From a bacterium (lineage in GTDB: Bacteria > Patescibacteriota > Minisyncoccia > Phycocordibacterales > UBA918), in contig PAMC01000016.1 of the NCBI GenBank assembly GCA_002710785.1, positions 13,435 to 77,434 on the forward strand: a stretch of DNA of 64,000 bases, read 5' to 3'. Below, piece after piece: positions 8,439 to 17,560 of the stretch (its first letter is position 1; every line of letters starts with the position of its first letter). The notes below the pieces were generated by a model. The model worked only from the letters and a program-made list of their open reading frames with translations, did no database searches and had not been told where the DNA came from. The translations under genes and the position numbers were made by a program.

Positions 8439-10475
8439 CTACGTGGACTTATTGTTCTTGGCGTTTGCCTCTTCGAGGTACTTAATCTCGTCGCGAATAA
8501 TAGCAGCTGTTTCAAAATCCAGAATCGCAACCGCATCTTCCATTTGTCGCCGCTTCTCTTTAAGAACTTTCTTTGGGTTCCGTTTGAAGAGTTCCATGTC
8601 GACCTTAAGTAGTGTGTCGACAGTCTCGTCGTGTTCAGTGCGAAGCTGGTCAGCAATCGACTTAATTTCTTTCTTAATGGTTTGCGGGGTAATACCGTGC
8701 ACCTCGTTATACTTAAGCTGCTTTTCGCGTCGCCGTCGCGTCTCACCGACTGCCGATTGCAGTGAGTCAGTCATCTCATCGGCATAGAGCACAACCCGGC
8801 CATTAACGTTACGTGCGGCGCGGCCAATAGTCTGAATAAGTGCGGTTTCACTACGCAAAAAACCTTCTTTGTCGGCATCTAATATGGCAACCAGCTCTAC
8901 CTCGGGCAGGTCGAGTCCTTCGCGCAGGAGGTTTACACCAACCAAGCAATCAAACTCACCTTTGCGAAAATCAGTCAGAATCTCAATGCGCTCAATGGTG
9001 TCGACGTCGCTGTGAATGTACTTACTCTTGATATTACGCTCATCCAAAAACACAGCCAGGTCCTCAGCCATACGTTTGGTCAGGGTGGTGACGAGAACTC
9101 TTGCGCCGCCCTTGATGGTAGCAACCGCATCATCAATAAAGTCTTTAACTTGACCGGGGTACTCGCCTTTCTCGACCACTGGCCTAAGGACAATCTCGGG
9201 GTCAACAAGGCCGGTCGGGCGAATGATTTGCTCCACGACTGGCGCTCCTTCCTCAGCTTTCGTAAGCTCGTACTTGCCCGGAGTGGCAGTCGTGTAAATA
9301 CGCTGCCCAAGTCGCTCTTCGATTTCGGCAAACTTCAGTGGTCGGTTATCGACTGCGCTCGGCAAACGAAAGCCGTGCTCAACGAGTGTCTCTTTACGTG
9401 AGCGGTCGCCGGCATACATGCCGTTAAGCTGCGGGATGGTGACGTGTGACTCGTCGATAATTGTTAAAAAATCAGCTGAGCCGTCTTCCTTATGTGGGAA
9501 GTACGACAGGAGTGTGTATGGCGCTTCCCCTGGCTTACGGCGGTCGAAGTGGCGCGAGTAGTTTTCGATACCGTTGCAATAGCCCATTTCGCGAATCAGG
9601 GCCATGTCGTGTTGGGTGCGACGCTTAAGACGCTCGGCTTCTAGTATCTTCCCTTCTTTCTTAAACTTCTTTAGTTGCTCTTCGAGCTCTAGCCCAATAT
9701 CCTCGAGCGCCACCTTAATCTCATCTTCGGGCGTTACAAAGTGTTTAGCTGGGAATAAGAAAAAGACCTCCGGTTCGTCAATAATCTGCCTTGAGACAGC
9801 GTCAATTTTGGTAATGCTACCAATGGTGGCTCCAGAGAAGCTAAGACGGTACAGGACCCGTTCGTTGGTGGGCATAATCTCGACGGTATTACCAACCGCC
9901 CGGAAGGTGCCGGGCGTAAGGTCGGCGTTAGTCCGCTCAAAATAGAGGTCAATGAGCGTACGTAGCATATCGGTACGTGTTGTTGTGTAGCCGCGCTCGA
10001 TCTTGAGGTGTTTTTTGAGGTACTGCTCAGGAGAACCTAAGCCGTAAATACACGACACAGAGGCGACAATAATCACGTCCTCCCGGGTTAAGAGCGCTTG
10101 GGTGCTGGCGTGGCGCAAGCGGTCGATCTCTTCGTTAATCTGGGCCTCTTTTTCGATGTAGGTGTCGCTCGTGGGTACGTACGCCTCGGGTTGGTAGTAG
10201 TCGTAGTAGGAGACGAAGTAGTGCACCGCGTTATTGGGAAAAAAGTCACGGTACTCCTGCGCCAGCTGCGCAGCTAGGGTTTTGTTGTGGGCAATCACTA
10301 AGGTTGGCTTTTGCACCGACTTAATAACATTGGCCGCCGTAAAGGTTTTACCACTACCGGTCACACCCAATAAAGTTTGGTGCTGCTCGCCCTTCTCAAG
10401 ACCCTTAAGGAGAGAGGCAATCGCCTCTGGCTGGTCACCGGCTGGAGTTTTGTCTGTACTTAGTTTAAATTTCAC
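8439..10475 (-). CDS. uvrB: Excinuclease ABC subunit B (start probably GTG at 10475; track gives 10532)
   Basis: GVTGSGKTFT, YFVSYYDYYQPEAY hairpin, DESH, NLLREGLD, QTIGRAARN, C-terminal UVR. Confidence 0.97.
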   Translation of the reverse strand: MKFKLSTDKTPAGDQPEAIASLLKGLEKGEQHQTLLGVTGSGKTFTAANVIKSVQKPTLVIAHNKTLAAQLAQEYRDFFPNNAVHYFVSYYDYYQPEAYVPTSDTYIEKEAQINEEIDRLRHASTQALLTREDVIIVASVSCIYGLGSPEQYLKKHLKIERGYTTTRTDMLRTLIDLYFERTNADLTPGTFRAVGNTVEIMPTNERVLYRLSFSGATIGSITKIDAVSRQIIDEPEVFFLFPAKHFVTPEDEIKVALEDIGLELEEQLKKFKKEGKILEAERLKRRTQHDMALIREMGYCNGIENYSRHFDRRKPGEAPYTLLSYFPHKEDGSADFLTIIDESHVTIPQLNGMYAGDRSRKETLVEHGFRLPSAVDNRPLKFAEIEERLGQRIYTTATPGKYELTKAEEGAPVVEQIIRPTGLVDPEIVLRPVVEKGEYPGQVKDFIDDAVATIKGGARVLVTTLTKRMAEDLAVFLDERNIKSKYIHSDVDTIERIEILTDFRKGEFDCLVGVNLLREGLDLPEVELVAILDADKEGFLRSETALIQTIGRAARNVNGRVVLYADEMTDSLQSAVGETRRRREKQLKYNEVHGITPQTIKKEIKSIADQLRTEHDETVDTLLKVDMELFKRNPKKVLKEKRRQMEDAVAILDFETAAIIRDEIKYLEEANAKNNKST

Positions 10476-10521
10476 CAGATAAATATAACGTGATTGATTC
10501 AAATAAAAAAGCAGCAGACCA

Positions 10522-10727
10522 TTACAGCCCACCGCCGAAAATCCACCATCCGTAGGTCGATATCACACATACTGGCAACAATAGAAGTGCGCCGAACAAC
10601 CGCAGGCGCTTTTGATCGCGGCTATCCGGTATGACAGCTCGTTTTGCCAACCACAGGCAGAAGATTCCTGCTGCAGCACACGCTAGTGCAAAGATAATAT
10701 GAATATAAATATGAATACTTGCAGCAT
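10522..10727 (-). pseudogene. Frameshifted small two-TM membrane protein (~67 aa if repaired)
   Basis: GGAGG + ATG gives MLQVFIFIFILSLH*; another frame with no start of its own continues IIFALACAAAGIFCLWLAKR...LFGALLLLPVCVISTYGWWIFGGGL*. Confidence 0.55.
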
Positions 10728-10745
10728 TGCCGCATCCTCCAAGAT

Positions 10746-11960
10746 CTAACTGTTTAAGATCAAGTTACGCACTTTTTTCGTATAGTCGACTATCGTCCAA
10801 AGGTTATGCAAGCTAGCCAGGTGGGGGCCGAGCATTTCTTTGGCTTTAAAAAGGTGGGCCAGGTAGGCTTTGGTGTAGGTGTAGCCAATTGGGCTCTCGC
10901 TGTTGTCGAGCGAAGTGAAGTCACGTTGGTACTGGCTGTTGATGAGATTCAGTTTGGTGAACTTTGGTAAACCAAATTCGTCGACTTCTCCAGTGTTGTG
11001 GTAAATCGTACCGGTACGCGCCAAGCGCGTTGGTGCCACACAATCGAAGGTGTCGCAGCCATTAAGTACGCCGTGCAAAATATCTTCGGGTTCGCCGATG
11101 CCGAGTAAGTGGCGGGGTTTATTCTCTGGCAAAATCTCATTCACAACCTTAAGAGACTCGCCTAAGTCCTCCTTACTAAAGCTGCCGCCGATACCAAAAC
11201 CATCGAAGTCCATGGCAGCGAGCGTTTTGGCGCTCTCCTGGCGCAGATCAAGGTGGCGACCACCCTGCACAACACCGTAAATACCTTGCGTCTTAAGCGC
11301 TTCATAGTTTTGCTTATGCGCTAAGATGCTGCGTTTGGCCCAACGGTGGGTGCGGTGCATGGCTTCGATCTGGTACTCCTTCTCGGCGGTGGGGCTGGTA
11401 CATTCATCAAACGCAATAATTATGTCGGCGCCAATGTTATGTTGGATCTCAATTGAGCGCTCAGGAGTAAAGCGGTGCATCGAGCCATCAATGTGTGAGG
11501 TAAACGTTACTCCTTCCTCGTCGATAACACATAGTTTCCCGTGCTGAGTCGCAAGCTCTTTGCTGTAGACGTTGAGGCCAGCGTTTTCGTCTGAGCTCTC
11601 TCCTTTAGCAAACTTAGTAACCCCCTTACCAAAGGCTGCGCCAAGGCTAAAGACCTGAAAGCCGCCGCTATCGGTCATGGTGGGTTTATCCCAACGCATC
11701 ATGTGGTTGAGGCCGCCCATCTCTTTTACGAGCTGATCGCCTGGCTGCAAAAACAGGTGGTACGTGTTGGCGAGCGCCACTTGGTTGCCCACGTAGCGCT
11801 CCATATCCTCAGGCTTAACGCTCTTAACGGTACCTTTCGTACCCACCACCACGAAAGCCGGTGTCTCGATGTTGCCGTGGGGGGTAGAAATAACACCAGC
11901 CCGGCCTAATGTTCCTGATTTATTTTGTTCAACTTTAAAACTTACTGGAGCATTACTCAT
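10746..11960 (-). CDS. tgt: tRNA-guanine transglycosylase (start probably MSNAP at 11960)
   Basis: TPHG.IETPAF, NTYHL, TDSGGFQVFSL, FDEC, GVVQGG, PRHLLGIG, DTFDCVAPTR. Confidence 0.95.
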   Translation of the reverse strand: MSNAPVSFKVEQNKSGTLGRAGVISTPHGNIETPAFVVVGTKGTVKSVKPEDMERYVGNQVALANTYHLFLQPGDQLVKEMGGLNHMMRWDKPTMTDSGGFQVFSLGAAFGKGVTKFAKGESSDENAGLNVYSKELATQHGKLCVIDEEGVTFTSHIDGSMHRFTPERSIEIQHNIGADIIIAFDECTSPTAEKEYQIEAMHRTHRWAKRSILAHKQNYEALKTQGIYGVVQGGRHLDLRQESAKTLAAMDFDGFGIGGSFSKEDLGESLKVVNEILPENKPRHLLGIGEPEDILHGVLNGCDTFDCVAPTRLARTGTIYHNTGEVDEFGLPKFTKLNLINSQYQRDFTSLDNSESPIGYTYTKAYLAHLFKAKEMLGPHLASLHNLWTIVDYTKKVRNLILNS

Positions 11961-12016
11961 GGTGAGTGATTGGAGAAATTGTATAGGATGCAAGGTAAAC
12001 AAGGATTTCTAAATGA

Positions 12017-12035
12017 GCCGTATTAGTTATACGGC
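12017..12035 (-). terminator. Possible weak terminator/hairpin after FKBP gene
   Basis: GCCGTAT-N5-ATACGGC; poor U-tract. Confidence 0.3.
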
Positions 12036-12076
12036 GAATACAGAAATACGTAGTTCAATGAAGTAGATGATGCGAT

Positions 12077-12601
12077 TTATTCAATCGCTAGTAGTTCGAT
12101 TGCAAAGACAAGCGTGCTGTTTGCCGGAATCGGACCACCGCCGGCACTGCCGTAGCCTAGCTCAGGCGGGATAACCAGCACACGCTGGCCGCCGACCTGC
12201 ATACCAATCAGGCCCTGATCCCAGCCTTCGATAACACGCCCTTTGCCAACTTCGACGGTAAACGGCGTGCCGCGGAGGTACGAGTTGTCAAACGGAGTAC
12301 CATCAGTGAGAGTGCCAATGTAGTGTACGGTCACCGTATCACCCTCTGCGACCAATTCACCAGTGCCAATAACCACATCGTCAATAACCAGTCGCTCAAC
12401 ACCGCCATCACCAACACCTGCCTCAAGGAGTGCCTCAGTCAAGGCGTCGCGATCAGAACCAGCTACCACGGCGGTGCTGGCTTCGCTACCTAGGCCGCTA
12501 ATCGCTTGGTTTGTAGCGTCTAGATTGACGAGCCACAGTACAATTGCCATCAGCGCTACGCTGCTGGCAATTCCTACGGTTTCAAAGGTTGATAGTTTCA
12601 T
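12077..12601 (-). CDS. Membrane-anchored FKBP-type peptidyl-prolyl isomerase (start MKLST at 12601)
   Basis: VHYIGTL.DG..FDNS, VIEGWDQGL.GM.VGG.R.L.IPPELGYG, IPANSTLVF.IEL; N-terminal TM. Confidence 0.93.
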   Translation of the reverse strand: MKLSTFETVGIASSVALMAIVLWLVNLDATNQAISGLGSEASTAVVAGSDRDALTEALLEAGVGDGGVERLVIDDVVIGTGELVAEGDTVTVHYIGTLTDGTPFDNSYLRGTPFTVEVGKGRVIEGWDQGLIGMQVGGQRVLVIPPELGYGSAGGGPIPANSTLVFAIELLAIE

Positions 12602-12647
12602 ATCTGGATTTTCTTTTTGTGCTGGACATACTAAACAAAATATGGCG

Positions 12648-13673
12648 CTATTGCAAGGGTACGAACCCTGCCTCAATGTTTGCTTGCAGTGCGGTATCAC
12701 TTACCTCAGCTAAGAGTTGTAGCTGTCGCTCGCGCTGCTCACCAGAGAGCAGCTGAGGTTGGTGTGGGGAGGCTACACTCGTAATTGGATATAGGGCTAC
12801 CCCGTAAGCTTTCCCTTGCCTGCCAAAACCAACCATAAGGCCACGTTGTACCTCCTCGCTAAAATATTGATCGAAGACCGTGTTGCCTAGCGAGTAAAAT
12901 ACTAGGGTGTCGTCAACCCGCTCGATTGGTTGAACGACGTGCGGGTGATGCCCAATTACTACGTCGACTCCCGTTTTGGCAAAAACACTAACTAATTGCT
13001 GTTGGATCGCGTCAGGTAGAAGCTCATACTCGGTGCCCCAGTGAATATTGACGATGCTATAGTCGGCCGTGGAAACTGCGTTAGTGAGAACAGCTTGCAG
13101 AACATCAAGATCAGCACTAACACCTACGGTATTTAAGCTGATGATAGCTACTGTCTCATTACCCAGAGAGACGTACTCGGTAGCGGTTTTATCGACCTGT
13201 TGTGGGTGCCCCAACGGGGTGATTCCGGCCCCTTCTAACGCTTGCTGCGTATGGGCAAAACCCTCTAAACCAAAGTCATAACTATGATTGTTCGCAATCG
13301 AAGCGTAGGTAACGTTGTAAGAAGCAATAGTAGGTAAAGCACTGGTGGCAACAGAAAACTGAAATTGGTAGTCAGGCGTCGGTACGTGTCGTTTAGGAAT
13401 GGCTGATTCAAAATTTATTACCACACTCTCATACGAGCTGAACAGCTCTCCAAGATGATCAAACGGATGAGCTTGCGGATTCCGCTGCTGCCAACGCTCC
13501 ACAGCGCGCCCAAAGAACACATCGCCAGTAAACAATAGGTGTTGCTCGGCGGTGTTTGCGCCACTAAATATTCCCCAGGTGGTGTAAAAATCAGGCAACG
13601 AAATAGTTCGCGCTAGTAAAATCGCCGCCAGCAGCCCAAACGTAATCAACCCTAAGCCGAGCACTGCTCGCAT
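12648..13673 (-). CDS. CapA family metallophosphoesterase-fold protein
   Basis: FTGDV, NFES, ANNHSYDFG, IHWGTEY, GHHPHVVQ, YSLGN motifs; N-terminal anchor. Confidence 0.9.
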   Translation of the reverse strand: MRAVLGLGLITFGLLAAILLARTISLPDFYTTWGIFSGANTAEQHLLFTGDVFFGRAVERWQQRNPQAHPFDHLGELFSSYESVVINFESAIPKRHVPTPDYQFQFSVATSALPTIASYNVTYASIANNHSYDFGLEGFAHTQQALEGAGITPLGHPQQVDKTATEYVSLGNETVAIISLNTVGVSADLDVLQAVLTNAVSTADYSIVNIHWGTEYELLPDAIQQQLVSVFAKTGVDVVIGHHPHVVQPIERVDDTLVFYSLGNTVFDQYFSEEVQRGLMVGFGRQGKAYGVALYPITSVASPHQPQLLSGEQRERQLQLLAEVSDTALQANIEAGFVPLQ

Positions 13674-13676
13674 AGT

Positions 13677-14075
13677 TTAACCGGAGTAGAAGATACCCAT
13701 CTTGAGGTACCACATAGCCGTCATCACAAACACAAATGAGAGCGAGAGTGCAACTACCGTCATAGTCATAACTGAACTGGTGGCGACACGATTGCTCCGC
13801 TGGCGCTCCTCGGGTGGCTTAATGTCTACCTCTATCCCCAGTAGCGCAGAAATTGTTTCTGGCTGGAGACGTTCGTCGGAGTGAAAGACTTTATGAAGCG
13901 AATCGACGTGTGTTTCGTGCGTAGCTGGGTCTTCACGCAGCACCATAAGCGCAGTATCGATATCGTCCTCGTGCCACTTGGCACTAAATAAAACCTCTTT
14001 GATCTGCTCGTCGGGTGCTGTTGGGTGGACCCCATTCGCGCGCAAGTATCGTTCTACGACATCTTTTTTGATCAT
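13677..14075 (-). CDS. Hypothetical protein with C-terminal TM helix
   Basis: 4-nt overlap with AI-2E gene, tail anchor. Confidence 0.7.
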   Translation of the reverse strand: MIKKDVVERYLRANGVHPTAPDEQIKEVLFSAKWHEDDIDTALMVLREDPATHETHVDSLHKVFHSDERLQPETISALLGIEVDIKPPEERQRSNRVATSSVMTMTVVALSLSFVFVMTAMWYLKMGIFYSG

Positions 14076-15127
14076 ACGGTTACTGTTTCGTCATCGGAGG
14101 GAGAGGTGTCTTCTGCGATGTGAGTCGCGTACAGTTCGAGAAGTACCAAAAAGAGACTGACTGCAACTGGACCAACCACAAAACCAATTGGCCCAAATAG
14201 TGATACGCCCCCGAGTACCGCTAAGAGCACTAGGTACGGGTGTAAGTTGTTGCCGCGACCAATGAGGTATGGGCCGAGCAAGTTGTCGATCACTCCCACT
14301 GCTGTCATACCCCAAACTGAAAGCCCAACAGCAAAGAGGTACTGTCCAGTAATAATGAGGTACACAACTGCCGGAATGAGCACAATTGAGGTGCCGACAC
14401 TTGGAATCAGCGCACCAAAGGCCGCAATTACTCCCCACAATACAAATCGCTCAAAGCCAAAGAGCCAGAGCCCGAAGGCAGTTAAGCTACCTTGAATGAG
14501 CGCAATAAGCACGGTGCCGGTGGCAACGGAGCGAACCGCCCTTCCGAGACGACGGAGAATAAGCTCGTCTTCGTCGTCGGGTAAGGGGCTGATTTTAACG
14601 AGTCTGCGGGTAAAGGCTGGCCCGTCACGAAATAGGTAAAACGTACCGATAATGGCGATGAAGATCGAGAAGATGGTTGAGGCGGTACCGGCAAAGATAG
14701 CACCAACATTGCTGGTGATCCACGATGTCGCCTGTTTAACCGAATCGACTAAATTGAAGTCGAAACCTGGTGCGTACTCGTACACCATCGACTCTATACC
14801 AGCAATACGCTGCTCGAGCTCTGCACCGTTGGTGTTGACCTGGTTGTAGACAGCCAACGCCTCATTAACCAACGTCGAGAACAGCGCCGTGAGCGGCATA
14901 ATAATTATGACGAGCACCATAATAGTAGTGACCAGAGCCCCGAGCGTTTCGTTTTGCCTTGGCATCCGGCGCGTAATCCGCTCATACAGCGGGTAACAGA
15001 TTGTGACAATAATGGCGGCCAGTGCCAGCGCGGAGACAAATGGCGAAAGCATCACCCATACGATGTAGCCAACGACTGCCATTAAGCCAAAGAAAAACAC
15101 GTACTCTACGATACGATTAGTCATCAT
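14072..15127 (-). CDS. AI-2E family transporter (start MMTNR at 15127)
   Basis: Multi-TM, FYLFRDG, IALIQG, IP.VG, DNLLGP, VLGG..LFG.IG.VVGP. Confidence 0.9.
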   Translation of the reverse strand: MMTNRIVEYVFFFGLMAVVGYIVWVMLSPFVSALALAAIIVTICYPLYERITRRMPRQNETLGALVTTIMVLVIIIMPLTALFSTLVNEALAVYNQVNTNGAELEQRIAGIESMVYEYAPGFDFNLVDSVKQATSWITSNVGAIFAGTASTIFSIFIAIIGTFYLFRDGPAFTRRLVKISPLPDDEDELILRRLGRAVRSVATGTVLIALIQGSLTAFGLWLFGFERFVLWGVIAAFGALIPSVGTSIVLIPAVVYLIITGQYLFAVGLSVWGMTAVGVIDNLLGPYLIGRGNNLHPYLVLLAVLGGVSLFGPIGFVVGPVAVSLFLVLLELYATHIAEDTSPSDDETVTV

Positions 15128-15205
15128 ATCCTTTATAGTAGCATCAAATGCCAAGCGGTGCGTGACGTGTCGCTGCTGCGAATGGGGGCAGCGCAACGGG
15201 CCCTA

Positions 15206-15766
15206 CTAGCCCTCGTTTGCAAGTGCTGCCAGCAGCGCCTTAAGCTCCTCTTCACCGATCGGTCGGCGAATGTGCTCGCGCACCACTCCAGCACTATTCA
15301 TAATGATGGTTTCTGGCATCGTACGACCTTCATAATTTCTATACCAGTAATCTGCCGGATCTTTGAGTACGACTAGGTCACTTTGCAGCAACTCGGGTGT
15401 TACGATCTTGAGATACTGCTGTATCGTGCCTGGATTTTCGCCCCGATTAACGGCAACAAACTGAGTGTCTGATGATGATAAAAGTGCTGCCAATGCGTGT
15501 AACGTTTGTAGTTGCACCGCACAATCTGGGCACCAGCTAGCCCAGCTGGTGACGACAAACCATTCTGCAGTTTGCTCAGTAAAGCGAAATGGTTGCTCAT
15601 TGAGTGTTAGATATGTGTACGAGAAGTGTGCTTCTGCTTCTGCCGAGCGCTCTTCTGCTATTGAATCTGGTCGCTGTTGTTGCAGGATGAATATTGTCAC
15701 CACGCCAATAATGAGGATCGACCCGATTATTAACAACGTTGTTTTTGAATCTCGCTCTATGGTCAT
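15206..15766 (-). CDS. TlpA/ResA-like membrane-anchored thiol-disulfide oxidoreductase
   Basis: WASWCPDC, AVN.GE, MPET motifs; N-terminal TM. Confidence 0.88.
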   Translation of the reverse strand: MTIERDSKTTLLIIGSILIIGVVTIFILQQQRPDSIAEERSAEAEAHFSYTYLTLNEQPFRFTEQTAEWFVVTSWASWCPDCAVQLQTLHALAALLSSSDTQFVAVNRGENPGTIQQYLKIVTPELLQSDLVVLKDPADYWYRNYEGRTMPETIIMNSAGVVREHIRRPIGEEELKALLAALANEG

Positions 15767-15779
15767 ACTTGTGACAGAT

Positions 15780-15899
15780 TTACAACGGCTGTTCAACTTG
15801 CTGTAACTGAGATTGACGCTCCAAGTAGGTAAACGTCACCATACCAACAAGGAGGGTTAGGAAGAATAACGCAAGTAAAATTAGTACTGAACGATCCAT
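15780..15899 (-). CDS. Small 39-aa single-TM protein (not in ORF track)
   Basis: MDRSVLILLALFFLTLLVGMVTFTYLERQSQLQQVEQPL*; TGG-TACCAT 6 nt before ATG; fills the gap before tlpA. Confidence 0.65.
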   Translation of the reverse strand: MDRSVLILLALFFLTLLVGMVTFTYLERQSQLQQVEQPL

Positions 15900-15916
15900 A
15901 GAGCAATGGTACCACG

Positions 15917-17560
15917 CTACTCTTCGGCCAGGTACACAACTATGGTCGTGGTGCTCGTAGGAACCGCCGAGAGTAGTGCACCTGGTAGCGCCTCGCTCAG
16001 TGCGATCGCTTCGTCTTGAAGATCAGTTGGAAAGAGAACGACACTGTTGGTGCGAATGGTCGCGTCGGTTGCCAGTGTGGTAATCGGGAACTGATCAATG
16101 AGGGCAGCTGCTCGTTCTCCAGCCAAGCCAGGCTGTGGGCTGGCGTTGATAAAGGTGACTGAGTAACTAGCATCGTGCTGAAGACGATCGGCCGACATGC
16201 CTGGCTGTTGGAAGAAGGCGATCTCTTCAGAGTTATACGTCACTGCTTGAGCATCTAAGCCAATGGTTGCCTGATACGCATGATTGCTGGTTGCGGCCTG
16301 TGAGCGGACAAAGAGCCAGAGTATGAGCAGTAGTACGACTGCGCCAGCCACCGCAACAAGATGCGCGCGGGGTGACATAAGCCGCCAGAGGGCACGAGCC
16401 TCGCGATACAAGAGCGCGCAAACTTCTCGCGCGTGCGAAAACGTGATTTGTATACGCTGCAGCCAATCACTTTTAGTTGGTGTATCAGCTGTAGTTTGTT
16501 TGAGGTCAAGATCTGACGACTGGCGGATTAGTTCGTTTTTTACTTGGGTTGGTTGTGACTCAGAGAGACTCTTTAATGAAGTAACACCCGCCTGACGAAG
16601 CAGCCGACGGATGTACCACCGACTAACAGTGGCAATGAAGAGTATGATGCCGAGGACAATCGCAATAACGGTAAGTAGTGGCTTCACGGGAATAACCCAG
16701 AAGCTTGTCTTGGCTGAAACAAACTGTTTGGCTTCACTACCGTAGGTAAGTGTTGCCGCAGCAGTGTAACGGCCAATATCGAACAAAGAGGGTTCGCGTT
16801 GCCAAGAGAAGTCGTAGGTCCGAATCATGCCTGGGAGCGCGTTACCAAAACTAGTATTGATATTAACCGGGATGGAGCCGCGTTCAGCGCCCCACATGTT
16901 ACGAATAAGAATTTCACCAACTGGCCGAACATGCACGTTACCCGTGTTCTCGAACCGTAGCGCCAGCTCGGTACGCGGTTCGGTACTGTACGAGTTGCTG
17001 GCGGTGAAGCTACGTAAGAGCGCAGACTCGTACACATCGCCAGCGACACGTACAAACAGTAAACTGCTAATAACCTGTGCGGTACTAAAGCCTGAACTGG
17101 TTTGAGCATCAGGCGGCGCAGTGCTGATCTGAAGTGCGGCAAAATGACTACCTGGTGCAGCAACCTCAGGCGCAGTGACGACAAAGGCAACTTGCCGACT
17201 GGTATTTGGTGGGATGGTAATACTTGGCTCCGGTATATCAATCCAGTTGGCGAGCACTACCTCGTCTTCCGGCACTTGACTCTTCGGGATAATATTACTC
17301 TGACCACGCTCACCCACTGACTCAAAATGGGCTGGTTGCGTGTAAATTGTCAGCGGAAAATCATTGGTGTTTATAACTTTTACGCTACTTTGCCAAATTT
17401 CACCTGGCGCCAGTCCGAGCTCAATGAGAGTTGGGGCTACAGTGATACTCACCCCCTCAGCCTGCTGAGCGGAAACTGTGGCCGGCAAACACGCGAAAGT
17501 GTACGCGAGGGTGGCAACTATGAACAGGCGGAGCTGGTTACGTTTTGAGATTAATGTCAT
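15917..17560 (-). CDS. DUF916/WxLIP-like Ig-fold membrane protein with C-terminal LytR_C-like domain (start MTLISK at 17560)
   Basis: Signal peptide; V.P..IEL.L.PG, LANWI, I.P......V.F.V..P....PG, FENTGNVHVRP.G.I.I.N, G.Y.A..L.YG, FWVIP+TM; second TM; INAS..PGLAG...IVVYL. Confidence 0.7.
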   Translation of the reverse strand: MTLISKRNQLRLFIVATLAYTFACLPATVSAQQAEGVSITVAPTLIELGLAPGEIWQSSVKVINTNDFPLTIYTQPAHFESVGERGQSNIIPKSQVPEDEVVLANWIDIPEPSITIPPNTSRQVAFVVTAPEVAAPGSHFAALQISTAPPDAQTSSGFSTAQVISSLLFVRVAGDVYESALLRSFTASNSYSTEPRTELALRFENTGNVHVRPVGEILIRNMWGAERGSIPVNINTSFGNALPGMIRTYDFSWQREPSLFDIGRYTAAATLTYGSEAKQFVSAKTSFWVIPVKPLLTVIAIVLGIILFIATVSRWYIRRLLRQAGVTSLKSLSESQPTQVKNELIRQSSDLDLKQTTADTPTKSDWLQRIQITFSHAREVCALLYREARALWRLMSPRAHLVAVAGAVVLLLILWLFVRSQAATSNHAYQATIGLDAQAVTYNSEEIAFFQQPGMSADRLQHDASYSVTFINASPQPGLAGERAAALIDQFPITTLATDATIRTNSVVLFPTDLQDEAIALSEALPGALLSAVPTSTTTIVVYLAEE

